DNA of 52,868 nt from positions 1 through 52,868 of the forward strand of contig ADNK01000606.1 in NCBI GenBank assembly GCA_000320545.1, in the 5' to 3' direction. Each line of letters begins with the position of its first letter. Positions within the stretch are counted from its first letter, which is position 1. The notes under the pieces are model-generated. The model was not told the DNA's origin and made no database searches. It was given only the letters and a program-made list of their open reading frames with translations. The stretch is from Bigelowiella natans CCMP2755 (Eukaryota; Protista; Cercozoa). The translations under genes and the position numbers were made by a program. This document shows positions 22,406-40,580 of this stretch, in pieces.

Positions 22406-24603
22406 GGAGATGCTGCGGCTGTCCTATTGATTGGATGCAAATAGCAAGCTCTTCTGCGAATAGATGCTGGTGGCTCTGCAATACCTTTTCCCCGTTTTTA
22501 GCTATCGCTACCTCGGCGGACGCTGGATCTTTGAACACGATGTAGGCCTCCCCGGACTCTCGTCCAAATTTATCTAATATCGCCAGGATCGCTTCGATCT
22601 CAAGGCCTTTGAAGAACTCTTCCATGTCTTCCTTCTTATACCTACGAAAGGAGATGGTTTTACGCGGAAAGGTGAGCGGTGGTAACGGAGAGAGAATAAC
22701 CAAAGAAGCTACACTAGGATGGCGACAATGAAATCTCATTTTCTCTGCTGTTGTCTTCTATTTTGTATGATTATAAGTAGTACCCCCATGGAAGCCCTCT
22801 GACTCGAATAGCTAAAACTGGCCCCGTTTTGGTCTGATTGCCCCCTGCATGATGACAACAACGAGGATGAGGATGATGATGGCAACCTTGATGTAAAATA
22901 AATTATTCGATTCTTATGATAACCCGTCATGAAAGTATTTTCATGATTGAAATTTAGAAATAGAAAATTAGTTGAGGAAGTACCGTCAGAGGCAGAGGCG
23001 CCATCTTTTGTCTCATTATCATCCCGTCTCTGTCGTTTGGCCGGGTTCATCCCTACATTTCACACAACTTTGAGTCTCTCCAATACTGCATTTTCAATTT
23101 GACAAAGCTCCTAAATTCAGGTTTGTGGGGATTTTGAACCTCCTTCGAGTGCTTGGATCTTGCTCTTCATCTCCTCAAGTTGTCTTTTCAGAGTCGCTTC
23201 TGTGTCATATCCAAACACTGCTTGAGTTCGTTCTGATTCAGCGAGAACGATATGTTCGAAATCAAACCCCGTAGAACTACCTTTTGAATCATCCTTCACT
23301 TTCACAGTAATTACAGCTCCCCTATAAACCTACATGTAAAGAAGATAAGGGCGCACGAGGGCGAATAGCGCTCTAATTATCTTACGTCTGCGACGGATTC
23401 TAGCGTCATCTCGACATTAAACTGCTTTTCCTTCATGTGGAAGCTCGTATCTTTCGCCTCTGCTTTCGCCTCGGGAAACTTCTCATTGTACGCATCAAGC
23501 AGATCATCCAACTCTTTCAGATGTTTCTGGACTGAAAAATCACAGAGCAGGCACTCATCATGGATTGCTCATCGAACTCATTTCGATGATGCCCTGTGAT
23601 GCTAAGACTTGTATGTGCAAAGAATGTCTAATTTCACGTGAGCGTCGTTAGTAGAGTTCGAAGTTATAAAAAAGGCAAAGACCGACAGCAGGTCGCAAGT
23701 GCGCAATGTTTTTGGGGAGGTTCCTTCTGTCTCTGTTGGATCGCAATTCGAGGATACTCTTCCACTTTTCATGGACTCTCTGTACACTCAAAACCACTTC
23801 GAAAAATGCCTACCTTTTTTAACAGTTCCATTAAACTTAAGAAAGAAAGTCACGGGAGGGGGGGCAGTGTTGTCTCCGTCCGCCATCCTTCTCTGCCTCC
23901 CTTATCAGACTCAACGGCGTGAAAGCGCTTTTATTACTTGGATTTTGCAAATTAATCCAAGGGTTTTGATGTCGCAGAGATAATTTACCACCAGTTCTTG
24001 AGCTTTACACTTCCAGTTATTGGCGTGGCGTAGATAGGTTTTTGGTTCTTCCGAAGCCAGAAGATCGCAGGGATTCTGCTCCTTAGCGACGAGCATCCAG
24101 GAAAGATTAATGTCCAGATTCGCCTCATCTTCCGCAGTCAAGAGTGTGATAGATTATATCTTACCGCATAAATACAAGTCGAAAGTATATTTTCGCGTGC
24201 GAGGAAAATCCCAGTCAAAATCTATGGATTTTATTTCGTGCGACAATTAATTATTGCTGTCGTACCTTTCTTAAACGTCAAGTACATTATCCGCATCGTC
24301 ATCGTCGTTGGACCCGACACCCTCGGCTGAAAAAGATGGTGGGTTATCAGGGCTGGGGTGGATTTATCTTTCTATTTTGTATTGTCATAGATTAACTTGT
24401 CACGAAAACTAGTAATTGAAGTGGGCATAGATGGGACTTTTATGCGGATTTTGAAATAATCACTGCTATGTTCAGGCAGCAATATTCAACTTCCAGAGTC
24501 TGCTCACTGTCGTACTGCTGCTTATATGCACATGCCGTTTCCTGAGATCCAACTCCACTACAGCCCATGTATTAGGTTCTTCTAGCACTTCATCCTCCAT
24601 CAT
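17643..24603 (-). CDS. hnRNP F/H / ESRP / GRSF1-like RNA-binding protein with four quasi-RRMs
   Basis: Four RGLP(W/W/Y/F) ... GE(A/C/G).V ... G(H/R)RY(L/I/V)E repeats (~22800-22135, ~22050-21490, ~21170-20195, ~19700-19075). PAKRQR NLS-like motif at ~23035, a Q/P/Y/G-rich tail, and a phase-compatible ~250-aa N-terminal region (23137-24603). Confidence 0.88.
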
Positions 24604-25451
24604 TTTTTTGAATCTTAAATCCCAGACAGCTGTAAATAAATAAAAATCGCGCAATACTCCCTAATTTAGGTATAAAATCCGAGGACTATCGACAACACCA
24701 TGGGTACGGGAATCAGAGATGAATCTCTTTGTCTATGTTGCTGGAGATTTTCCCGATACAGAGAGATGTAGTAAATTTTGTATTCTTCGCGTATGTTTTG
24801 TTATGATCAGACTCCGAGGTTTAATCTGGAAGTTTGCGAGAATAGGTATGGCCATACTCGTTGATAAGAAAAATGGGTAGGTGTAAATGGCAAAATCTTA
24901 CCTCTCTGCTCACTAATTTAGGTGAACGCTTGAGTCCCTTGGTTGCGATATGTTGTATGGCTATGGGAATCACAGTATTCTTCACATAATTCTTCTTCGA
25001 ACGATTGTTACTTCTATTTATTTATGGTCTCGCAATGATGAAGGAAAACGTATTTAATTTCTTGCGATGTCGTCTGTCTGCTGTTGCATCTGATGTACAA
25101 TAATTTAACATGCATTGGCTGTTAGTAAGGAATTCAAAAATGTGTGTGTGTATGTGACCGCGGCTAAGCATATATAGAACAAGCTAGCCTATGTCTTGTT
25201 GCCAACGTAAGCGCTGCAGCCACTGCTCTGCATTACTACATTAGGAAGACTACTGAAAAATCTAATTATTTATTATATCCATCTTGCCTTGTTGCCAATA
25301 GCTGGCGTATCATATTGGCGCACAGTCTTAATTAACATGCAATGCGATGCATCATGCATCATATATAGCGGGCGAGACATACTCATTGCCTAGCAAATAC
25401 GCGATGCCTCGATTAAAAGAGCATGGACACGATTGACAGCTATGGAATCTA

Positions 25452-26146
25452 CTAGCATGCTGAATCATCTAATTCTAGGCCTTTTGACCAGTCCACTAAA
25501 TCATCCACTTCCTTTTCCCAATCGCTTTCCTCCCCTCCGGAATCTACAAGGGGTTCTGAATTCTGACTCTGCTTGTTGTTATCTTCTTTTATTCTAGTAC
25601 CCTCTCTAGTCTCTCGCCCTAAAGTTATTGACGGGAGATGGCTCTTCTGTTTAGAAAGCGTTGTCGTAGTTGTCTGTTTCACGTCTGTTGAAGTAATTCC
25701 ACCAGACTTTGCCGAAATATTAGGCAGGCTAACCAAAGATTCCACGTGTTGCTTCTTCTGCTTTGAAGAACTAAAATTCATACTGCTATTGTTGCTAATT
25801 TTTTCAATTTCTGCCCTCGGTCGAGCTTGTATCGGTACCAACGATGCACCGCCGTTGGAAAGTTCAGGTGATGAACTGATGCTGGAAATTTGAGTTGGAT
25901 GAGATGATTTACTGTTCTTGGTGTGTGAGGACGACGACGGCTTTTCGGGTCCAGTACTCAGCCCGTATAGTCGTCGTAGTTCTTCGACTCTCTCATGATG
26001 TATTATTGCTGCCTTGCTCTTTCTCTTCTTCTTTATCTATATTTACAGTATATGTCAGCGAGCGGCCTCTTAATTGGTGAAATAAATTGAAGTAACGACT
26101 ACTTGTTTTCGAGTATGCATAATACAAACGCATCACATGTAGAATA

Positions 26147-26188
<42 letters not shown>

Positions 26189-26978
26189 ATAAATGAAAAT
26201 TTTCACATATGCAAACATGAATAAATGTGTTCATGTTTATAAAAAAAAAGTGTCGACACTCCATCCACATTTTTACGCAATCCACACATTTCGGGATTCA
26301 CATTTCTTCGCGAAAAGACTAAGTCGAAAAGCCGTGATTTAGCCTACTCACCTTCTTAACTTTGGGGTATGGATCGCTCTGGGTCGTCGTTGTGGAGCCG
26401 CTGGAAATAGTTCGACTGCGTAAGGTCCTATTAAAAAAGATTATCATGTAAGCCGTCTCTTAAGATAAATTCGACAGACTAACTCTCCAATTCTAGCACT
26501 GAAGTACAGTTATATTATCAAATTCTTAATGGTGGAACTTCACGATCGGCAATACCTCGCAGAGGAGAATTCTTTGCTATCCTTAAGAATGCTGGCGATT
26601 CCGTGTTCTTTAACATGGCTGCATGAAGGGGATGGATAAGTTCATGTTTGGGCGTTAGTAAAATGTGGGGAAATGCGCTGCTTGGGGAAAAATGCAGTGG
26701 TCTTCGGCGTGCACGTGTGGCCTCCAGCGTGCAATCATCGCTACCTTTGAATTTGCCTCAGCATCGTCGACAATTTGTACTCCTGCCATGGTCCAATGTA
26801 CATCGTCTTTTTCGCCGCACTGGATTCGAACTAGATGTAAATTCTCTTCAGGCAAAGAAAAAGGTTGTTGCAGGATGGGCAGGCCCAGTTTTTCTGCGAG
26901 CAACCGATTCAGCCAGGTGGCACCATCATCACATTGTTCGAGCGAACGGAAATCCTCTGTCGTTACCTTCGCTCTCAT
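25452..26978 (-). CDS. Hypothetical hydrophilic protein; 5' exon structure unresolved
   Basis: A long terminal exon ends ESDWEKEVDDLVDWSKGLELDDSAC*. Upstream candidate exons have GT donors at ~26351 (GTGAG) and ~26554 (GTATT), plus ORF 26655-26978. Confidence 0.45.
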
Positions 26979-27342
26979 CGAGCCGTTTCTTTGTAAGTAA
27001 GCCTTTATTTTCGGCCTGAGACATACCTAATTTATCAGTCGCAAGCAGGAAAAAGGTTCAGAATCATCGTCCCCAGCCGATCTGCTTGTCGCAAAGGAAG
27101 GATCTCCTGTGTTCTCTTCGAAGAGGATGGCTCTCGGAATATGGAGGGAGGCGCTCAAAAGATTTCTCGTCCGGAGAAGGACGAATGCTTGAGGAACTTG
27201 ATTGTTGCGACAATAATATTTGCATGTCGCATGGGATATTACCATGGTGACTCATTGTTTTGTAGAGATTTCACGAAAGCTTTTCAGCTCTGAAAAATCC
27301 ACTCGAACCGGCAACAGAGAAGAGGGAGGAGGCAACGCTGCG

Positions 27343-27534
27343 ATGGCGGAGCTCGAGGTCTCCTCGTGGAACCCATCCGCCTGCGTATACGTCGTTGAAG
27401 AGGGAAGGCGTCCAAGATTTGATGCCCCCGTCGTATCTGTCGAGGACGCAAAGTGCTTTTTGTGGACCGAAGAAGGCCTTTACGGGACTTTCGTGTATCC
27501 CTTCGCTGATGCCAACACTGCAAGGTCAACCTGT

Positions 27535-27598
<64 letters not shown>

Positions 27599-28551
27599 CT
27601 AACTATACAGTTACTAGCAATACCAACAGCGAGAAAATACTTTGTAATATTCCCGATGGAGTAGCAATATCAATTGTTGTTAGAGTAGAAAGTGGCACCA
27701 GCCCATTGCCTCATTTAATACAGATTTCGAGTACATTCGTGTTTTCTTATTCAACCAGGGCATTTGCAAGGACGTTCACTGTATGTGAATGGATCCTCCT
27801 TGACGGGAAAAATGGGGATGAGCCGATAAATCGGGCCATGAATTTCACGGCTCCGTGGGTGAGAGGACTTCTTCACGCACGGGCTCGAGCTTTCCAAAGG
27901 CGCCGCACAGAACTAAAACGAAGGCAGATGAATGATTCAACAACCGGTGAGGGGGTGGGATATCATCCCATAGAAGATCACTTCGAGCATATACCGCGCG
28001 ATTTCCGCCCCATCCTCGTCATCTTGGTGTTAAATTTGTTCGTGTATCATCTCTCTCTCGTCGCTGCGACATTGGGCACTCTCTACGGGTTCGATAATTA
28101 CCGGCGCTCGCGCGAATCAATGATAAGTACCATAATCGGCTCCTTGACGGCGAAAGCAATGAAGAAAGTAACCAAGATCCTGCGCCCCCCCTTACTGTTT
28201 GTCTCGATCTCCACCGCGGCCTTTATCCCCGAGATATTGCGCTCCTTTTTCGACGCACTTCTAAAAGCACTTGGCATCCAGCACGTTAGCACGGTCCTGT
28301 ATATATTCTCCCTGATACTGAGTTTCTTCTGCGGGTTTTCCCTAGGGGCACAGTTCCAGGAGATGATCAGTAAGGTTCCAAAGCAGGATGAACTCGATCC
28401 ACGCTTGAATGTGTACGCCGTAGAGCTATGGAAATGCGCCATGGAAGCCCTTGGAATTCATCGCACGAATCCAATGCAACGATTGGGATATTTATCGATA
28501 ATTACGCTCCCTGCTCTTCTGGCGCTTTGCCACTCGATGCTGCAGTGGTGA
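27343..28551 (+). CDS. Hypothetical multi-pass membrane protein (2 exons)
   Basis: ATG at 27343 (MAELEVSSW...). One (TG)n-containing GT-AG intron at ~27525-27759 happens to be in frame. The second exon has several hydrophobic segments (ILVILVLNLFVYHLSLVAATLG; VLYIFSLILSFFCGFSLG; LGYLSIITLPALLAL). Confidence 0.7.
27539..27596. repeat. (GT)n microsatellite, representative of dozens of intronic (AC)n, (AG)n, (AT)n, (ATC)n, (TAC)n, (CAG)n and poly-C/G tracts
   Basis: Directly visible perfect dinucleotide array. Similar arrays occur in most introns (e.g. 581-607, 7341-7380, 10738-10782, 35762-35804). Confidence 0.97.
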
Positions 28552-29258
28552 AACAGGGTTGATATATAGCCGGTGCTCTCCAGCTGGCGTGGTCATCATA
28601 TCGACCCTGATAACGCGCCTACAGCATCGCGTTACTGATACAGCATTTTAGGTCCTTAGATTCGTTATTGATGTAACGTGAATTAAAGCCATCTAAATGA
28701 TGATAGCTCTTATGCTGCGCTGCAATGCTGCCACTATATCTAGCTATGTGCTATCTCACAAATAAAAAAAGAGCGGAGCGCTGCCGCTGCCATAATCGTG
28801 CATGCACATTTGACGAGAACCTCACTCTTCTTGTACGGATGAGCACAACATTACACATGCATGTGCATGTGCACACATTGACATCATCATGTGTTTGTAC
28901 GTTCGACATGCACCAAAAGAATGTCGAAGAAAGACCTAGATGCGCGTTCGCTCGTGCGGCACATCGCGGGCGCAACAACAATTTTCACTACAACATTGCT
29001 TTCACAAATAACATGAAATACACCATTCTAGCATTGCAGAAACTAAACACATATTAAGCGCTATAGTCGCAGCTATGCACAGGTACATTGGGATGACTAT
29101 TGAAAAAATGTAATCATTTCATTACATATTCGTCTCTTACTGTGTTATGTACCCACTTATACAAAAGCTATCGTCATACAGGTTCTAGCACGCAAGCAAC
29201 TGTGCGCTGTATGCTAGCGGATTCACATAAATCATTACCACGAGCTGTTCGATTCCTC

Positions 29259-31864
29259 TTAGTTTCGAGAAGGCTTAAAAGTAATGGACGAATCAACATA
29301 CCCCTTTACACACGTCTGGGCGTGAAGTGCGAGGTGGACCATCTGGTTTAGAAGGATAGAAGAGTATCCTCCGTATATTTCTAGATTGTTTGCCATACGC
29401 TGTCCACTTTTTGCAGAGGGAGAAAGAGAGGGGGGAAGGAGAAGGAGGGGTATTGAAGTGAATGCATATGTACAAATAGCTTTACCGTTGGCGGAATATT
29501 ATTTCGATCATAAACCTAACGGGAAAGCGTTGAAGGTGCTGGGAGATCGTAATATCGCCATCAGTCTCTATCAAGCAGGCATCAGATAGGGAAAGGCCTG
29601 CGACGTTCTCCCGTGCTCCTGCAAGACGCTCACGTTCAGAATTGGAGGGAGGTTGCAACACGTTCCAAATGCGTTCCATGGCGGCGTCGTCGTCGCGTTT
29701 GTTAAGAAATCTGGGATCCCCTCCTCTATCAGCCTTCCTGGATCGAAAGACCCTGGCGTAAACGATATCAGTGTGGCTGATGTTCAGGCCAACATTAGCC
29801 CCAGTCGCAAGCCAGTCCGACAGATGACGAGGATGTGGGATGGGGGGGGGCGAGGACGTCTCCGTCAAGTGTTTCTGGTTCTGGAGACCGGCAACCTGGA
29901 GAACGGCATATCGTGCCCCCCTTTTCACACGAGCAAGCAGGCTAGGTGACGTCGCCATCGATTTTGCGTCTTCTCCGTCGTCGGTGGCTTTGAAAATGGA
30001 GGTCTCCCACTCGCGCATGCTCGAGGCGTCGTGACTTGCCGCCTGATCCTGAACGATCATCATCACTATCAGCCATTGCCATCCAATGGGAGGGAAATCG
30101 GTGTATGAGGGATGGCTATTGATTGTATGCTGTGTGTGTTTTGTGTGTGTGTGTCTGTGTGTGTCTGTGTGTGTGCAAGCGTAACTACTTGTGTGCTTTA
30201 TCCTTCTCTTTCTTCTTTTCCTCCTCCTCTTCCTCCTCCTCCTCCTACTACTACTATTATTACTACGATTACTACTATTACTACCTCTTCCGCAATGAGT
30301 TGGAGCTCTACCCTAGCATGCCGTGGGAGGGCGTGCACGCCAATTACGACAGGGCTGCTCTCCTTCAGCAGTGACTGCTGTGCTGATAGCTGATTGACAG
30401 ACGGATTGCAATTGTAGCCTCCTCTTTCCTTCCCTCCTTCACTCGCGTTTCCACTCCTCTCTTCCTCCTCCTCCTCCTCCTCCTCCTCCTCCTCCTTCGC
30501 TGGCAAACGAAATGCATCGAGAAATCCTTCTGTCCCTCCTCCTCCTCCTTTCGCACCGAGATCCTGCTCTACGAAGGCGATCGTGGAGAGGGGAGAGGGG
30601 TTACAATTGGGACGAGCGGAAGCTGCAGAGAGTACTGCGTTGTTGTTGGCAAAAGCCTGTGCGAATTCGGCTACGAGACGTTCTCCCCGCTCGGCCTTTC
30701 CACCATTCCTACTGCCTACGAGCTTCATCGATGCAGGGTCGAGGCCTAGCTGCCCCGAGAGAAATAGCAGCTTATTCTGCCTCGCCAACGTCGACGTCGA
30801 CGCTATCGCCGCGCACTGCGAGTATGGACCAATGCAGGCCGGAGCCCACGGTGACACGCTCTGGACGTGAATGTTGCCCCGGCCACCTTGAAGAAGAGAG
30901 GGGGGTGGTGGAATGCAGGTTACCGATCGAGGGAGACACATCGCATGTGCGCGCGTGCGTGTGCGTGTGCGTGTGCGTGTGCGTGTGCGTGTGTGTGTGT
31001 TGCATTTGTGGTGAAAACTGTTCGGTGGTATTCCTCGTCGTCTTCTTTCTGTGTACATTCTACCTCTCCTCCCCATCCCATCAGCACTATCCGTCTTTGC
31101 CGCGACGCAGTGCAAGTAAATAGCGGGGAAACGAGGGCTAGGAGCAACTTCAGCAGGCAATGCAGCAACGCCATTGTCACAGTTCTTCCCAGAAGCAGGA
31201 GGAGGGGGCGAAGGAGGGGGGGGAGAGGGAAGGCCTGTGCGAGTGGTTTGGACACAACACCGAGCGGGCGGAAGCAGCGAAGAGATGCCTCTCGCCTTCT
31301 CGCGCCACCACTCCCTGTACACCTTGTTGGCCTCTCGGAAATCGTCCATGCGCGCTAGATTCATGTGCAGGAACACGATGTCCCCAGGGGCGAAGGGCCC
31401 CTTGCGTGCGAGATCCTCCTCGAGGCGGCCGAGCGCGATTCGCATACTCTCAGACACATCCTCCTCCTGCCCCCCACCCCTCCCGCCGGCGGCTGCTGCT
31501 GCTACACCGTTGCTGCCAATGCCGGCGTTGCTGCTGGGAATAGGCTTTTCCTTTGAGGAGAAACGCGGTGGAGGGGATGGGGACCAGCCCGAGGCGAGCG
31601 CCACCAATGTAGGGGGGGGGGGGTAAGAGGGAGCTGCTGCTGCTGCTGCTGCTGTAGTGATGCTAGGGGCACATCCAGAGGTGTTCTTTCTGTCAATAAT
31701 GCTGCCATTCCAAACCACAAACAACTGGCGCGCGTGTAGCAGCGGCGTAGTGTCATCGTTGCTGCCTTTGGGCCGGGGGAGGTCATTTTCGTCTTTTCCC
31801 TCTCCCCCTCCTCGCCCCCCTCCGGGATCTTGTTCCACTTGTTTCCCTGTCGACATATAGACGC

Positions 31865-31906
<42 letters not shown>

Positions 31907-31969
31907 CCGATGAGTGCTGTGCCGCAAACAACTGCTGCACGTTGGCGATATACGACGAGGACGTTAGCA

Positions 31970-32005
<36 letters not shown>

Positions 32006-32710
32006 TGCAGCTTCGATGGAGAGAGATGTGATATTATATCGATGCTACTGGCTGTTGCTGCTGCTACTACTGCTGCTGCTGCAGCTGCTAGAGGCGCACT
32101 ACACAACTGTAAACTACCACGCGAATCCTCCTCCTTCTCCTCGTCGTCGTCGACCCACACCACGGGCTGCTCATTGATGTATCTGCGCTCTAAGCTGTTC
32201 CCGTCATCGAGGGGAACCGTGCCGGCGCGCGTCTGCCCGTCCTCCTGCCCCCTTTTACACAGGAGACTTTGGCAGATTTGGTCAATTTTCGAGCTGGAGA
32301 ACCTAACATACGCGAGGAGGCGGAGCATCATTGTGAGAGCGCGAAAGGCCCTTGAGAAAGATCCTACCTGCATCGTTGTTCTAGAGGTGGCAGAGTAGAA
32401 TCGAGCTGCTTAGTCGGAGCTGCTGTCCTTTGTTGCTGTCGTCGCCGTTGATGACGCATCCTTCGCGCCGAGGCTAGAGACGTTGTGGAGGGACGAGGGG
32501 AGGAGAGGCTGTCATCGTTATTATCATCATCACCTCCATCCATGTTACCCCCCTTCTCCCTCTTCTTCTTCTCCTCGAAGCGCAGGTTGAAGGTGTCCGC
32601 TATCAGCTGGTTCAGCCCCAGATCATCATCGTCGTCGTCGCTATCGGTGGCGAGGAGGGTGTCTACACCTGTTATTAAGTCATTTCCCCACGTGAGCGGA
32701 GAGAGAGAGA

Positions 32711-32749
<39 letters not shown>

Positions 32750-33038
32750 ACAGCGAGAGAAGGACAGAGAGAGAAGAGAGAGAGATTAAGAAAATTGTGC
32801 TGGAAAGGCTACTACAGTAACAAACAATTGCTTACCACCGCTTCCTCCATGGGTCTTCTCCCCGTTGTTTTTGCCGCCGCCCAGCGGGTGATCAATGTCA
32901 GAGAGCTCGTTCTCCGCAGCCTCCATCACGACAACTGATACGTTCGCTTTGTGCGGGAGAGCGTAGCGGCAAATGGGAGCGCTGTCGTCGTGCATCTCGA
33001 TGGAGTCGTGGAACAACTGCAGGTACCTGTACACACCC

Positions 33039-33077
<39 letters not shown>

Positions 33078-34350
33078 GTACGCACGTGTACACAGTGTAT
33101 GCGTGGGTATGGATGTACTGCGAGTGTGCAGCATGCTCTGCACGCATGTGGGGGCCATATTTATGGTGCTAGCTAGTAACTCAAAAAGCCCGCTGCTGCT
33201 GCTGCTGCTGCTGCTGCTGCAAAAAACACAGGCTACTTACTCAGCGGGAACGAGCATGGCCTCTTGTACTCTCTCTTTGAACTCGCGAACCGTCTCCCAC
33301 CCCCGATACTCGAGCCTTATGCCCGCTCCGCGCCGCGTGCCTAGCTGCAAGAATACATGCTTTTGCTCGATGTGGAAGCGCGTAATGATCCACCATCCCA
33401 CGGGATCGATTGGAGACGGTTCCAGCATCTTCCTCGAGTCGTCAATGACGATGCGGGAGGAAAAGGCAGGGCAGTCGAGCGTGAGCGTCTCGTATTCCCC
33501 ACCCTCCCCACACACGTGGCCGCCGTAGCGTCGCGACCAAGCTAGAAGGAGGGGCGAGATCGACCGGATGGTTTTGCCTAGCACCTAGTGTGGTGGTGAC
33601 GATGTCAGAGAGAATAGAACCCTATCATCATCGACATCATTATCGCAGCCATTGTTCATCCTCTCGTGCACATAGAAACATGCCCGGACAACCAGCACCA
33701 CCAACCTTCTTTGGATCGAGTCCCCAGCTGGAAGCTTTCACGATGGCGGCCTCGACGTTGGCCTCGCAGAGTTCCTGCAGCAGCTCCTCCCCATCACGCC
33801 TCCACAGGTAGGCAAGCGACGTCATTCCAAGGCGCTCACACACGTCCTCGACGCGCAGTCGCTGATAATCAGACAAGATCGCCCCAGATACCACTGCCTC
33901 CGCTCCTGTTTCATCGCGTGCACGCTTAAGCACGGAGAAAAGGTCCTCAACTTCGTCATCCGCCGCAACCCGGTGATAGCCCTTCGTGTTACATCTCGCC
34001 ATTCCCTTTGTCCGTCGTCGGAAGAGCGGCGCCTCCAGGCAGTCAGCGATGCCAGGGACCACCTAATGGACGTACGGGTGGTAGTAGCCAGGCGTGTCGT
34101 GGTGATGGATTTGAAAGGGATGGTGGATGGTAGTAATGGTAATGATGAAAATGATGAAAGTAACAATGAGGATCGGGCTTGAGGAGGATCAAGAAGAAAG
34201 GAAAACCCTTCCGTCGTATCATGGTTATCATCGCTACCGTCACCGCCATCGCCATCGTCATCATCAGCAGCATCTTCTTTATCTTCTTTTTCAGTATGAA
34301 GCAGTACTACTATTGCTGCTGCTGCTGCTGCTGCTATTACAACTACTATC

Positions 34351-34394
<44 letters not shown>

Positions 34395-34897
34395 CACTAC
34401 TACTACTACTACTTGAACCTGATGCCCAGCAGTCTGCAGCATTTGACTGTCCATTTCAACCTCGTCCTCCTCTTTCGGAGCAAGGTTTGCCACCGCCACC
34501 AATTCATGTCCCCTCTGCATCGCCCGGAGGGTTGCCATTACGCTATCCTTTCCACCGCTCATCAAACTTACAAACCTGAGCGGGCGCACAGGCTCGTCCG
34601 CTTTTCTTCGCCCTGCGTTCGAGGTGAAGGGCGATGAGAATGAGAAGGGGATGAGAGGGAGGAAGGTGATGATGACGATGGTGCCGCACCTCTGTCTCCC
34701 GCTGAAGCAACAGAGCTAGTTTCGAACGTGTTGCCCCCACGCAGAGAAGAATCGTCGAGGAGACTCACGCGCATGATGGCAGTGAACGTAGCTACTCCAA
34801 CCAACAGGAAAGCTAACGCAGGTCCGCCCGCCCCCCTCCCCGTTCCCCTCGACAACCCCCTGCCCCTCTGCATCGCCGCAATCCGCCGCAGTGTCAT
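29259..34897 (-). CDS. DPH6: Diphthine--ammonia ligase with RidA/YjgF-like C-terminal domains, an N-terminal leader and an inserted ubiquitin-like domain
   Basis: SLMSGGKDS PP-loop, MLQTAGH, DEVEDLF, SGAILSDYQRLRVEDVCERLG, LAYLWRR and HVCGEGGEYETLTLDCP. RidA-like segments MDDFREANKVY...PPARCCV, HVQSVSPWAPACIGPYSQ, LFLSGQLGLDP and LPRHARVE. The 3' end is approximate. Confidence 0.95.
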
Positions 34898-35192
34898 ATC
34901 CCTCTGATTTTCGGGGGAGATCCACCCACAAATCCAGCGACGAGGCGGGGGGGTGGGGGATCTCCTCGCGGGCACGGTCGTATTCACTTCCGACGACGCC
35001 GCGTTGTGGCGGAAAGGCTCTCGCGCCGATTTTCTTCGTCTGGGGCCATATTCGGTTGTCGCACTGATATTATCCGATCATATTTTAGCCTATTTATGTA
35101 ATGCGATCCGTATTGATGTCGCAGGATATGAATCGCTTTCGTTTTTGAACAAAACTGCTGTGTGCGAACTGGGAGCGCAAAACTCGTACTCG
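34898..35192. promoter_or_regulatory. Putative bidirectional promoter between DPH6 and PRMT3
   Basis: About 295 bp separate divergent start codons. The spacer is microsatellite-free and CpG-rich with an AT-richer core. Confidence 0.5.

Positions 35193-40580
<5,388 letters not shown>

Noticed and set aside
25452-25530. WEKEVDDLVDWSKGL as evidence for a named family
   Set aside because: It recalls short acidic Trp motifs in some uncharacterised proteins but is too short to assign without a search.
30198-31970. 590-aa ORF as a stand-alone gene
   Set aside because: It is several DPH6 exons read through in-frame microsatellite introns (VCVC, TRTR runs).
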